From a crenarchaeote SCGC AAA261-N23 (GTDB lineage Archaea > Thermoproteota > Thermoprotei > Gearchaeales > Gearchaeaceae), in contig AQVQ01000003.1 in assembly GCA_000375685.1 (NCBI GenBank), forward strand, positions 1 to 38,486: a DNA stretch of 38,486 bases, given 5' to 3'. The translations under genes were made by a program, and so were the position numbers. Shown here piece after piece: positions 1-9,800 of the stretch (its first letter is position 1; every line of letters begins with the position of its first letter). The notes beneath the pieces were generated by a model. The model was not told the origin of the DNA. It saw only the letters and a list, made by a program, of their open reading frames with translations, and made no database searches.

Positions 1-405
1 AACGCTTAAAGCAGAAAAAACTGAAGACAAAAATTGTGGAAGAGTAGCTAAGTAAAAAGTTGGATAATATGAAATGTAAATAAATTCAACAGTGATGCTT
101 GGAAGAAAATATTGTGTAATATTTATTATTTGCTTGTAAAAAATTAAAGGAAAATAGTACGTGATAGTTATAGGTAGAATGATAAATGCGATCGTAAAAA
201 TATAGGGGAAATAACTTTTTTTGAACAAATTAGAATAGTTCCTAATAAAGATTATAAAGGAAATCAATATCAAAATTAAAGACGATAAAGAAGTTATGCT
301 GTAAGTAAGAATGAAACCTACTCTTACAACGTTTAGACAGTAAAAGTAAGTTAACAAATGCATCAATGACAAATGCACTATGACCGTTGTATTGAAAAGC
401 TTCAT
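1..405 (-). CDS. Hypothetical multi-pass membrane protein (partial; runs off the window start)
   Basis: Not in the ORF track. ATG at 405-403 and an open frame to base 1 (135 codons, MKLFNTTVIVHLSLMHLLTYFYCLNVVRVGFILTYSITSLSSLILILISFIIFIR...), strongly hydrophobic; TATA-like palindrome 22 nt upstream. Confidence 0.7.
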   Translation of the reverse strand, partial: MKLFNTTVIVHLSLMHLLTYFYCLNVVRVGFILTYSITSLSSLILILISFIIFIRNYSNLFKKSYFPYIFTIAFIILPITITYYFPLIFYKQIINITQYFLPSITVEFIYISYYPTFYLATLPQFLSSVFSALSV

Positions 406-427
406 ATTTTAAGCTAAATATGTGTCA

Positions 428-439
428 TTTATATATAAA
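428..439. promoter_or_regulatory. Palindromic TATA box probably shared by two divergent genes
   Basis: TTTATATATAAA is a perfect palindrome, 24 nt from ATG 464 (+) and 22 nt from ATG 405 (-), the spacing expected for leaderless archaeal transcripts. Confidence 0.6.
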
Positions 440-463
440 CTATACAACTTTATTTGATAATCC

Positions 464-1240
464 ATGAACATAGCGATCCTTGATAATATCTTAAATTTTT
501 ATAAATTTGCGGTAACACTAGCGATTTTCATTTTTGCATCCTATTTCGATTTGAAGTTCAGAGAAGTGTCTGATTTATTATGGATTTTACTAACTGTGCT
601 AACTTTGCCAGTAACCATATTTCAGGTTATTTTTATTAATACTATAAACCTCTTTTCCTTTTTGTTTATAATATTAATTAATTCAATAATAGCTGGAGTG
701 ATTTATTATTTAGCTCATTTTGGCCCAGCTGACAGTATTGCAATTATTGTTTTATCTCTAGCTTTACCTTTCCCTCCAAATTTTGGTTTCGGCACATTAC
801 TTATTAAGCCGCTTGATTATCCTTTAGCAGTTGTTTTGAACGGGATAATACTTTCAGTTTTTTATGTAATGGTTAATTTGATTAAAAATATTCGAATGTT
901 CCTTAAAGAAGGAAAATTGTTTGATGAAAATTATACCCTTAAGGATAAAATAGCCCTTTTATTCCTTTCTGAAAAGATTAAGAAAGATAAAATGGAGAGA
1001 GAGAAATTCTATATTTCCTTGATAGTTAATAGGAATGGCAATAAAAAGTTGGAACTTTTTAGAAATGTAAACGAAATGAATTTTGAAGATATTGAATCAA
1101 GAAAGGGTTATTACGAAAGTGATTACTATTGGGCTGAAAATGTTCAGCCTTTTTTGGTTTATTTAACGATTTCACTCGTTTTTACTATAATAGTTGGAGA
1201 TTTGATAACAAGTTTTGTGCTAAGTTTAATTCAATTATAA
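464..1240 (+). CDS. Archaeal prepilin/prearchaellin peptidase (A24 family, PibD/FlaK-like)
   Basis: Multi-TM protein with ASYFDLKFREV (first catalytic Asp), FGPAD (GxGD/GGAD-type second Asp), a soluble insert and C-terminal PFLVYL typical of FlaK/PibD. Confidence 0.88.
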   Translation: MNIAILDNILNFYKFAVTLAIFIFASYFDLKFREVSDLLWILLTVLTLPVTIFQVIFINTINLFSFLFIILINSIIAGVIYYLAHFGPADSIAIIVLSLALPFPPNFGFGTLLIKPLDYPLAVVLNGIILSVFYVMVNLIKNIRMFLKEGKLFDENYTLKDKIALLFLSEKIKKDKMEREKFYISLIVNRNGNKKLELFRNVNEMNFEDIESRKGYYESDYYWAENVQPFLVYLTISLVFTIIVGDLITSFVLSLIQL

Positions 1241-1271
1241 ATATTTCTACAATGAAATTGATAAAGTAAAC

Positions 1272-1583
1272 ATGGAAGGGAAGAAAATCATCGCTGTAGT
1301 TGCGGATTGGGAAGAATCTTCTAAATATATAAAAAGAGTTGTAGAGGAAGTCTCAAAAGAAACCAATACAAGCCTAGAAATAAAGAACGAAGATTGGGAT
1401 TTCTTGGTAACTTACGGCGTCAAAGATGAATATGGCGGTGTTGAAGTCCCACAGGTTTTCATACAAGATGAAAAGGATAAGATTAGATTTGTAATGGGTC
1501 GTGTACCTTTAGATGAAAACGGTAAGCCTGATTTAAAAAAAGCTAAAGAGATTTTAAAGTCTGCACTTCAATCTACTTCATAA
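1272..1583 (+). CDS. Thioredoxin/glutaredoxin-fold protein lacking cysteines
   Basis: IIAVVADW then a helix where WCxxC is normally found, and VPQVF cis-Pro motif; no Cys in 103 aa. Confidence 0.6.
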   Translation: MEGKKIIAVVADWEESSKYIKRVVEEVSKETNTSLEIKNEDWDFLVTYGVKDEYGGVEVPQVFIQDEKDKIRFVMGRVPLDENGKPDLKKAKEILKSALQSTS

Positions 1584-4158
1584 AAACTCCCAAGTTATTT
1601 GAACCAAGTATAGATTCAAAATCTATTTCTGCAGGCTCAAGCAACTGCTCTAAGCTGCTTTTCATCATTTCAACATATTTGCCGATGTCTATTTCGTCTA
1701 ATCTAGCAAGTTGTACAGGCTTAACCCCCTCTTGAGTCCTTACTTTTACATAAGCCACACTTTGCCCTGCCTTAACTTCTAAGCCAAAGTTCCTCAATTG
1801 AATTGCTGCCTTTACATGTTGCGGAGTAGTTTTTGAATAATCTTCTATACTTTTATTCATTGTTACCTTAATAGCAAGTTCTGAAAGCGAAATACGTCCT
1901 GTTTTTAATAACCTATACTGTTCGTATGTTAAATTCCTTATTTTCTCCTTTGCCTTTATAAAATCTTCAGGTTTATTCACCTCTTTAAGGATTTCCACTA
2001 TGTTGTAAAAGGTTTTTTTAACAAATTCAGGTATATGTCTTTTCTTTCCCATCAAGCCTTTTATATCAACATTGCCATTTTGCGTTACACCAAAATAGTT
2101 CTTCTTTCTTTGTGAAAATACGACGTATTTATACACTTTATCAACATCTATATCTATTTTTAATTCACTCTCAACAATATCAACGAATTTATGGAGAATT
2201 TCTTTCGGTGGATTCTTTATAAATAATGAATCAGTATCGCCATATAAGATCATTAGATTTAAGCTTCTTGCAATTTCGATGGTTTTATCAATATTGTAGC
2301 GTCCTATAGCTGTTATGCTTTCAGCCGCTGCAGGTGAATATAGATCCGATGTCTCTGCTCCTAATACACCATAAGCTGCATTTAGGATGACCTTCATTGA
2401 GGCTTGTATAACATCGTATTGGAACCTTGTTTGTGGATCTAAACTTTGATCCTTTGATTTGACTTTGTAATAACTAACCCTTAAATCCCTTAGGCTACCT
2501 ATTAAAAGACTTAAAATTCCTCTTCTTTTCTTACATACCCAATGCGAAATACCTGGTAATTTATTACTTTTACATTCTTCATGAACACAATCGATCGTTT
2601 CATATGAAATATTCCAAACTTTTATTATGGAAGGATACAGAGAAGCAAAATCAACGACTACAACATCGAAATGTATTCCTGGAATTGGATCAATTACTTT
2701 AGCGCCCTGATATTTCTTCCCTTTTATGATAGCAGTAGTAGCAAGTGTACCTTTTGCAGCTACAATCTCTTCTTTATTAGGTATAAGCTCTCCTCTATTC
2801 CTTAATTTAAAAGCTACAATACTTTTAATCCAATTTGAAACACCTATCCGTGTAACATCTTCTATAGGAAGTTTAGTTATTCGCATTAGAATTATTATCA
2901 GATTAAGGATTAGCCTATTATTGAAGTTTACCAAATTGTAAGTTATCCAAGCATCATTAAAACAATATAAAGCTAATTCATAAAGAGGTACTAAATTTAT
3001 AAAATCCTTTAGTACCTTTTTCTCGGTTCCAAGCAACGCTTTAGCTATCGAGTTTAAATCCGTTTCATCATATCTTCTTGCAAATGCATAAATCTGAATT
3101 ACTTTGTTATGAAAAAATTTATACAAATCAACATGCACCCCTGGAAGAACCATAGCAATTTCCTTACCCAATGCTATAGGTATTTTTTCCTTAGGTATGC
3201 CAAGTTTCAGAGCTCTATTATATAAATATGGCAAATCGAAATTATCACCATTGAAAGTAAAAATTATTGGATATGATGCGATTATACTAAAAGCTTTCTG
3301 CAAAAGAGCTAATTCATCATCCACAAATTCAACATCGACATCTTTAAGTTCAGCAGGCCTTTCTCCTATTTCAACGTTCCTTTTAAGTATGAGAACTTTT
3401 TTGAATCCTTCGCTTCCTACAAAAGAAATTGCGATGACTTTAGATGCTGCCTTTTTAGGTGAAGGTAAAAGAGTAGGGGATTCCATCTCAACCTCTATAT
3501 CCATTGCAGCATGTTTTATTGTATAAATAGGCTGATTCAAAATTGTAATCCACTCCTTAACTGCTTGAAGATACTCAGGATCTTCGTTTTTATAGAGCTC
3601 TTCTATTTCAGAAAATTTTACATCTTTAAAATCCCTTAAAAGCTCCCCGTTAACTATTTTATAAGGAGCGCCTGGTATAAGAGCTAAATCAAATATGTAT
3701 GATGAATGATATTTTATGTTAGCTTCCCACTTGCTCTTTAAGTATTCTCTAAGAGAATTTTTCTGTCCACCTACTGATAATGGATCTTTAGCGATTATTT
3801 TAGTTAGTTTTACCTTTTTATCAAATATAGGATGATAACGTTCAACTCTATCGAATCCAAGAAATCCTGGATGAAGAGTTATAGATGGATTATTTCTTAA
3901 ATCTTCCTCAGGAATGTCGGTATAGAAATATGGTTTATGACCAGTATTATCGTACCAATAATATACTTTGCCATCTTCAGGATTATATAGCTTAACTAAA
4001 GCTTTCCCATACTTGCCACTGTAGGTCACTGATAGTAGTATACTAGTGCTTAAGTTCTTAGGAGTTTCCGCCTCATATGCTGAAGATTCAATTCTTAATT
4101 CTTCTTGTTCAGCTTCATATTCTTCTTCAGATTCTTCTAAATGATCCAATTTTTGCAT
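1573..4158 (-). CDS. polB1: Family B DNA polymerase, PolB1 type
   Basis: Exonuclease motifs DIEV, FNGDNFD, YCFND; polymerase motifs DFASLYPS, KVILNAAYG, YGDTDS; N-terminal YDNTGHKPYF typical of TACK PolB1. Confidence 0.95.
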   Translation of the reverse strand: MQKLDHLEESEEEYEAEQEELRIESSAYEAETPKNLSTSILLSVTYSGKYGKALVKLYNPEDGKVYYWYDNTGHKPYFYTDIPEEDLRNNPSITLHPGFLGFDRVERYHPIFDKKVKLTKIIAKDPLSVGGQKNSLREYLKSKWEANIKYHSSYIFDLALIPGAPYKIVNGELLRDFKDVKFSEIEELYKNEDPEYLQAVKEWITILNQPIYTIKHAAMDIEVEMESPTLLPSPKKAASKVIAISFVGSEGFKKVLILKRNVEIGERPAELKDVDVEFVDDELALLQKAFSIIASYPIIFTFNGDNFDLPYLYNRALKLGIPKEKIPIALGKEIAMVLPGVHVDLYKFFHNKVIQIYAFARRYDETDLNSIAKALLGTEKKVLKDFINLVPLYELALYCFNDAWITYNLVNFNNRLILNLIIILMRITKLPIEDVTRIGVSNWIKSIVAFKLRNRGELIPNKEEIVAAKGTLATTAIIKGKKYQGAKVIDPIPGIHFDVVVVDFASLYPSIIKVWNISYETIDCVHEECKSNKLPGISHWVCKKRRGILSLLIGSLRDLRVSYYKVKSKDQSLDPQTRFQYDVIQASMKVILNAAYGVLGAETSDLYSPAAAESITAIGRYNIDKTIEIARSLNLMILYGDTDSLFIKNPPKEILHKFVDIVESELKIDIDVDKVYKYVVFSQRKKNYFGVTQNGNVDIKGLMGKKRHIPEFVKKTFYNIVEILKEVNKPEDFIKAKEKIRNLTYEQYRLLKTGRISLSELAIKVTMNKSIEDYSKTTPQHVKAAIQLRNFGLEVKAGQSVAYVKVRTQEGVKPVQLARLDEIDIGKYVEMMKSSLEQLLEPAEIDFESILGSNNLGVFMK

Positions 4159-4196
4159 AATAATAAAGACTAAAATAGATTACTTCTAAGAATATA

Positions 4197-6035
4197 TTAA
4201 CTTAACTTATTATGCTTATTTATTATTCTCTTAAGTTTTCCGAAATTCCAAGCAATTGCGACTTTCTTCTCTTTATACCACCACGGTAAATAATTCATTA
4301 CATATTCTTCACTGAATCTTGAATCCAAAAAAATTACTATCCCACTATCTGAAGGGCCTCGAAATGCTCTTCCTAAAGATTGAATAGCCTTTCTCACAGC
4401 AGGCAATACAGAACCGTACAACCAGCCTTTGAGTGGAAATAAATTATCGTAATATTCTATACGCTCATTCAGTGAAGGCGAAGGAGGATCATAAGCTAAC
4501 CCTACTACTGCAACCACATCAATTATTCCAGGATAAAAATCTTCTCCTTCTGAAAACTTCCCTCCTTGAACAGCCAAAAGAACTTTATTTTTTCCCTCTT
4601 TGAATTCAGTCATTATTTTTTCTTCTTCATGTTCACCCATGTTTTTTTGCTCAATATACAGTGTTTTCTTTACTTTATTCATGAGATCCGATTTCAGGAT
4701 GGATTCTAAAACATTGTATGAAGGAAAAAATATTATTGTGTTTTTCTTTGAAGCTTCAATTATTTCACAGACCATTTCACAGTATTTATTAAACGTTTCA
4801 TCATTCCTTTCCACATATCTTGTACTTGTAGAAACTTCGAAAATGCTAAATATTTTACTTTCCTTAAAAGGATTTGCTTCAATTATATCTACATCTTTAA
4901 TATTAAGCATTTTTATGAAAAAGTCGTGTGGCTTTATAGTTGCTGAAACAAATATTTTAGAGGTAAAAGGCTTGAATATTGTCTCAAAGTAATTTGAAAA
5001 ATCCAACGTTAATAAGCGAACAATCAAGGATCCATTTTTTCTTTCAATTAATATTTTAGAGCTTGAGTTTAAGTATGCTAAATTTCTAATAAAGTTATAT
5101 AGATTATATAAAATATTGGATAAATTCTTTTGATCTTTAGCTATTAAATTTATTATTTCTTTATTCATAATTTTTAATAATTCATGAAACTCAACCTTCC
5201 CACCAAATGTTTCTATAAATTCTGAAAAAGTTAGCTTCAAACGATTTTTTGATGACTGTTCTTCAAAAAATTTTATGATAAAATAAGTAAAGTCTCTTAA
5301 TTCTGTATTAATCAACTTATCTACAATTTTGCTTATCTCACCAATATCTACATCCTGATTGAAGAGATTGCTTACAAAATCTAGAATATTATGTGCCTCA
5401 TCGATTACTAGTATTTTAGTTTCGTATTTTCTGTTTAATATATTAAAGTCAAGCAGAATGTCTGGGGATAAAAAGTAATTATAGGTAGATAATATAACTT
5501 TAGCTTTACTAATCAGAACTCTTTGGATTTCATAAGGGCAACAACTAACATTTATACCTAGATCACGTATTGTTGATCCAAGCATTGGAAAATATATTGT
5601 TTCTATATTGAGAAATTTTTGTTTTATTTTAAAAAAATTTTTAAAATATATACATTTATTATTAGAAATTAACATATTACACATACTGTTAAAGCTACCA
5701 TGATCATAGATGTTTAATCTAAGTAAATTTTCATTAACACAACTATCTTTTTTGTTTTTTATTGAAATAGCAGGTATTGGAAATTTAGATGATATCAATA
5801 GAATTTCATCTTCGACCCTTTTTACCTCTCTGTTTGTCCTTGTAAGATAAAACACAATACCGTTTTCATGTATAAAAGGTAAAGTTGATATTAGTACTGC
5901 TAAGGTTTTGCCAAATCCATTTGGAGCATCTACTATCGCATTCCTTTTATTCTGTATAGCTGTATAAACTTTGCTTACTATTTCAAACTGCTTTGGCCTG
6001 AAATCATCATAGGGCAAGTACTTTTTAAAGTCCAA
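4197..6035 (-). CDS. XPD/Rad3/DinG-family SF2 DNA helicase with Fe-S cluster
   Basis: Q motif RPKQ, Walker A GFGKT, Cys ligands ending CCPYE, DEAH, SAT, FSEGEDF, QSLGRAFR; TTG start. Confidence 0.9.
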   Translation of the reverse strand: MDFKKYLPYDDFRPKQFEIVSKVYTAIQNKRNAIVDAPNGFGKTLAVLISTLPFIHENGIVFYLTRTNREVKRVEDEILLISSKFPIPAISIKNKKDSCVNENLLRLNIYDHGSFNSMCNMLISNNKCIYFKNFFKIKQKFLNIETIYFPMLGSTIRDLGINVSCCPYEIQRVLISKAKVILSTYNYFLSPDILLDFNILNRKYETKILVIDEAHNILDFVSNLFNQDVDIGEISKIVDKLINTELRDFTYFIIKFFEEQSSKNRLKLTFSEFIETFGGKVEFHELLKIMNKEIINLIAKDQKNLSNILYNLYNFIRNLAYLNSSSKILIERKNGSLIVRLLTLDFSNYFETIFKPFTSKIFVSATIKPHDFFIKMLNIKDVDIIEANPFKESKIFSIFEVSTSTRYVERNDETFNKYCEMVCEIIEASKKNTIIFFPSYNVLESILKSDLMNKVKKTLYIEQKNMGEHEEEKIMTEFKEGKNKVLLAVQGGKFSEGEDFYPGIIDVVAVVGLAYDPPSPSLNERIEYYDNLFPLKGWLYGSVLPAVRKAIQSLGRAFRGPSDSGIVIFLDSRFSEEYVMNYLPWWYKEKKVAIAWNFGKLKRIINKHNKLS

Positions 6036-6067
6036 CTCATAAATACTTAGTTTTTAACTATAAAATC

Positions 6068-7411
6068 GTGGAATACACAAATAATTTAAAGAGTTATCTT
6101 AATCAAGTAAAAAAAGAGATTGTAACTATCAAAGCAAGTATAAAAAAAGATTATGAAATATCCGCCGTATTAAAGAAACTCGATGATGGACCAATAGTTT
6201 TATTTGAAAACGTAGAAGGATATAAATTAAAAGTTGTGGGAAATCTATGCTCTAAAAGGCAAAGATTATTAGAATCATTTGGAGCTAATGATAAAAACTA
6301 CCATGATAAAATTTACAGCGCGATTGAAAATCCTTTACCCTGTGATTTAATAAGCGGACCCTATTTTAAACCCGACCCCAACATGAGAATATCCGACTTA
6401 CCGATTCCAAAGCATTATGAGAGTGAGAAAAGCGATTATATAACATCAGGAATTGTAATAGGAAGGTTAGAAGAAGAAAAGATTCAGAATTCATCTGTTC
6501 ATAGACTTATGAAAATAGATGATGAGACTTTTGGAATAAGGGTTGTTCCTAGACATCTTTATTCAATGATCCAAGAATCAAAGAAAAAAGGTAAAGTATT
6601 AAACATAGCTATATGTATAGGAGCCCACCCAGCTGTATATCTTTCCGCAGGTTTATCTCCAAGGTATGGATATGATCATATTCATGTAGCAAATAGGTTG
6701 TTAAATGGTTCTCTTCATCAATTTAAATGTGCAAACGGAGTTTATGCATTAAGTGAAAGTGAAATAATAATGGAAGGTTACATTGATCCGTCAGAAGAAC
6801 TTGAAGAAGGTCCTTTTACAGATCTCACTGGAACTCCGGATATCATAAGAAAGCAGCCTGTTGTTCATATTACTAAAATTTACGTAAATAAAGATTCAAT
6901 CTACCAAGATATTCTTCCTGCAGGGAACGAGCATTATCTGCTAATGGGATTAGGTAGAGAAGTGCTAATTCATAGATATGTCGAAAGAATAACACCTTTC
7001 GTTAGAAAGGTAAGGCTCATAAAAGGAGGCTGTGGCTGGCTCATTGCAGTAGTATCTGTTAGGAAAATCAGGGAAGGAGATGCAAAAAACGTAATAGCAG
7101 CGTGTTTTGCAGCACATCCTTCATTGAAAATTGCTATAGTCGTAGATGAGGATATAGATCCAGATAATCCTGAAGAAGTACATTGGGCCTTGGCTACAAG
7201 GTTAAATCCATCAAAGGGGATAATAGTAATTAACGATGCTACTGTTTCATCATTGGATCCCTCTGCAGACCAAGATCTTGCTTTAGGAAGTAAGCTGGGA
7301 ATCGATGCCACAATTAGCTTCAAAAAACCAATTAGTAAGTATATGAGATCAAAAATCCCTGTAAATGAAGATAGATTGAATGAGATCTTGAAATATATCC
7401 AGCCTTACTAA
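6068..7411 (+). CDS. UbiD-family prFMN-dependent decarboxylase
   Basis: NSSVHRLM, RHL, EGPFTDLTG, VVDEDID, WALATR, SSLDPS, KLGIDAT motifs; GTG start. Confidence 0.92.
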   Translation: MEYTNNLKSYLNQVKKEIVTIKASIKKDYEISAVLKKLDDGPIVLFENVEGYKLKVVGNLCSKRQRLLESFGANDKNYHDKIYSAIENPLPCDLISGPYFKPDPNMRISDLPIPKHYESEKSDYITSGIVIGRLEEEKIQNSSVHRLMKIDDETFGIRVVPRHLYSMIQESKKKGKVLNIAICIGAHPAVYLSAGLSPRYGYDHIHVANRLLNGSLHQFKCANGVYALSESEIIMEGYIDPSEELEEGPFTDLTGTPDIIRKQPVVHITKIYVNKDSIYQDILPAGNEHYLLMGLGREVLIHRYVERITPFVRKVRLIKGGCGWLIAVVSVRKIREGDAKNVIAACFAAHPSLKIAIVVDEDIDPDNPEEVHWALATRLNPSKGIIVINDATVSSLDPSADQDLALGSKLGIDATISFKKPISKYMRSKIPVNEDRLNEILKYIQPY

Positions 7412-7493
7412 AAAATAAATATTTCATTAGTTTGTGAGATAGATTTTTATTTAGCTAAGATGATTAAAAATAAACTTCTGAAAAGAGACATAT

Positions 7494-8756
7494 TCAGTAA
7501 ATAGATTCTTCAAAAATTTCATAATTTTCTAGTATTTTTTTGCCCACTTCAGCAACTTTTGTTCTATGTTCTTTTTCAGTATATATTCTAAAAATGTTAA
7601 TAACTGGTTTAAGTTCCCTTATCCAGCTACTAACTTCTGATAATTTATAAACTCTTTTATCTCCGTCATTTTTTACTACAGGAATCTCGTAAGGGTCATG
7701 GGTATAGGCATTATGATAAGGAACCGAAGGTAAAGAAGATAAATCGAATTCTATGTTTTCTTTATCTATGCCTACTCTCTTTGAAATGTCTTCCTTAATC
7801 TCATTTAATATCTTATTTAAATTCTCTTGAATAATGTTGCCAACTATTTTTACTTCAAGAGCGCATTTTATTAAATTTCTGCTTTCTATTCTTGATAAAT
7901 ATTTACTACCTTGTTTGCTTTGAGAAATAAGATGCCATAATTTAAAATCGTCCAGATTGAGATATTCATCCACATTAAATTTGTTTAAAAATCCAAACTC
8001 ATCAAGTGTAAATCGGATAGCCTTCAATAAAAGGATTTGAGCTGCTCTCAATGTTTTATGAAAATATATAGCTTCAAAACTCTTTATTCGGCTCAAAATA
8101 AAAATCTCAAAAGTATATAGTGCAGTCATGTTGACTGATAATTCATCATTCCATATTTCCATTGTTGTAACAAGTCTTTCTATATCTATGTTTCCATATC
8201 CTGCTCCACTATGGAAATTATCCCTTTTTATAAAATCAAGCTTATCTGCATCTAATCCGCTTTTAATGATTTGACCTAAATATTTCTTTACAGATTTTGC
8301 CTCCCCAGTTATAATCTCTCCAATTTCTTTTGGATTTATTCCTGCATCTTTAAGCTTGTCTGCGACTTCACTTCTTATTATAATTTCTTTTCCTACATGT
8401 TCATGATCGAGTTTGAAATTTTCAAGCAAAATAGGTTCAAATAAATGGGAAAAAGGTCCATGACCGATATCGTGCAATAACGAAGAAAACCTTATTTTTT
8501 TACTTTCTTCATAACTAACTTCAATAGGCAAGCTAGATAGATATAAGTTTGCTAAGTGCATAGCACCTAGACAGTGTTCAAATCTAGTATGAACTGCTGC
8601 AGGATAAACTATATCAGCAAGAGGTAATTGTCTAACTCTGTGAAGGCGTTGAAATGCCTTAGTATCTATTGCCTCTTTTTCTTCTTCGGTTATATGTATA
8701 TATCCGTAAATTGGATCTTTGATAAACCCCCAATACTTCAGCTGAAAATTAATCAT
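7494..8756 (-). CDS. HD-domain phosphohydrolase (SAMHD1/dNTPase-like)
   Basis: DPIYGYI, FQRLHRVRQL, HTRFEHCLG, LLHDIGHGPFSH, DADKLD, IYFHK. Confidence 0.9.
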   Translation of the reverse strand: MINFQLKYWGFIKDPIYGYIHITEEEKEAIDTKAFQRLHRVRQLPLADIVYPAAVHTRFEHCLGAMHLANLYLSSLPIEVSYEESKKIRFSSLLHDIGHGPFSHLFEPILLENFKLDHEHVGKEIIIRSEVADKLKDAGINPKEIGEIITGEAKSVKKYLGQIIKSGLDADKLDFIKRDNFHSGAGYGNIDIERLVTTMEIWNDELSVNMTALYTFEIFILSRIKSFEAIYFHKTLRAAQILLLKAIRFTLDEFGFLNKFNVDEYLNLDDFKLWHLISQSKQGSKYLSRIESRNLIKCALEVKIVGNIIQENLNKILNEIKEDISKRVGIDKENIEFDLSSLPSVPYHNAYTHDPYEIPVVKNDGDKRVYKLSEVSSWIRELKPVINIFRIYTEKEHRTKVAEVGKKILENYEIFEESIY

Positions 8757-9373
8757 TTTCTTTCCAAAATTTCATCGATTAAATAGTTTGTGACTTTTCT
8801 TATCTTATTTTGAACAGTTTCTAAATTTTCGTTTGAAGATATAACAACAAAATTGAAATCTGAGGCCATTTCTAAAAATTTTTTTCTTATATCATTTAAA
8901 AAATCTAAATTTTCATAAAATTCCTTATCACCGTGCTTCCTTTTTATAGCTGTTTCTGGTTTTACATCTAATAATAGTACCAAGTTGGGTTGAGGAAAAT
9001 TCTTATTCATCTTATAAATTAAATTAAAGTCAACACCATGAACTGATTGATACGCTAAGGTAGAGTAGAAATATCTATCACATACTATTATCTTTCCTAA
9101 TTCTAAATTAGGAAAGATAAAGTTTTTAACATGTAGCGATCTGTCTGCAGTGAAAAGTAAAGCCATTAAGTATGGATCCAGATCCGAACTTGATTTCAAA
9201 TACCCCCTTATCAACTTACCTATTGGGCTGTCGGTAGGCTCTTTAGTATACAAAGCATTAAATTGATTTTCATTTAACCAATCAACCAACAATCTGCTGT
9301 TTGTAGTTATTCCAGCTCCATCTATTCCCTCAATAACAATGAAAATTCCTTTCTTTAAATCCCCATTTTTCAT
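8753..9373 (-). CDS. tmk: Thymidylate kinase (P-loop Lys replaced by Ile)
   Basis: FIVIEGIDGAGITT, TKEPT, LFTADR, DRYFYSTLAYQ, LLDV..ETAIKR. Confidence 0.85.
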   Translation of the reverse strand: MKNGDLKKGIFIVIEGIDGAGITTNSRLLVDWLNENQFNALYTKEPTDSPIGKLIRGYLKSSSDLDPYLMALLFTADRSLHVKNFIFPNLELGKIIVCDRYFYSTLAYQSVHGVDFNLIYKMNKNFPQPNLVLLLDVKPETAIKRKHGDKEFYENLDFLNDIRKKFLEMASDFNFVVISSNENLETVQNKIRKVTNYLIDEILERK

Positions 9374-9744
9374 TATTCTTTTTCCTTCTTAAGTTTCACA
9401 AGCCTATCATAGGCTTCTAAAATGCTGTTTAAAACTTTCATTTTTTCATTTAATTTTAAAATATCATCTTCGTTAGCAATCGATACATTAAGCTCTATTA
9501 ATTTATTAGTTATTGTATTCATTATTTCTTCGATTGCTTGATATCTTTTTACCATATATTCTTCACCATGCTTCACATAAATTACTACCCTTTCACATGA
9601 AGGACAAATTATTTTTCCATCGCGAAGTTTAAATAATGGAACTTTACAATCAGGACAAGAATCACTCAACATTACATTCCCTCCTTTTAACAGTTCAGCC
9701 ATCTTTTTTGTGACATAATCCTTATCACGTTTCTCCATAACCAC
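9373..9744 (-). CDS. UPF0148 / Auto_anti-p27 (SSSCA1-like) zinc-ribbon protein
   Basis: MAELLKGGNVMLSDSCPDCKVPLF...ICPSC followed by a coiled-coil. Confidence 0.85.
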   Translation of the reverse strand: MVMEKRDKDYVTKKMAELLKGGNVMLSDSCPDCKVPLFKLRDGKIICPSCERVVIYVKHGEEYMVKRYQAIEEIMNTITNKLIELNVSIANEDDILKLNEKMKVLNSILEAYDRLVKLKKEKE

Positions 9745-9800
9745 TTTAAACTAATATTAAATAACTTTAATAATTATTTATACAGTCAAAAAAAGTAAGA

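Noticed and set aside
2726-4992. ORF-track entries 2726-2941, 3197-3526 and 4600-4992
   Set aside because: Antisense shadows inside polB1 and the helicase, with no recognisable motifs.
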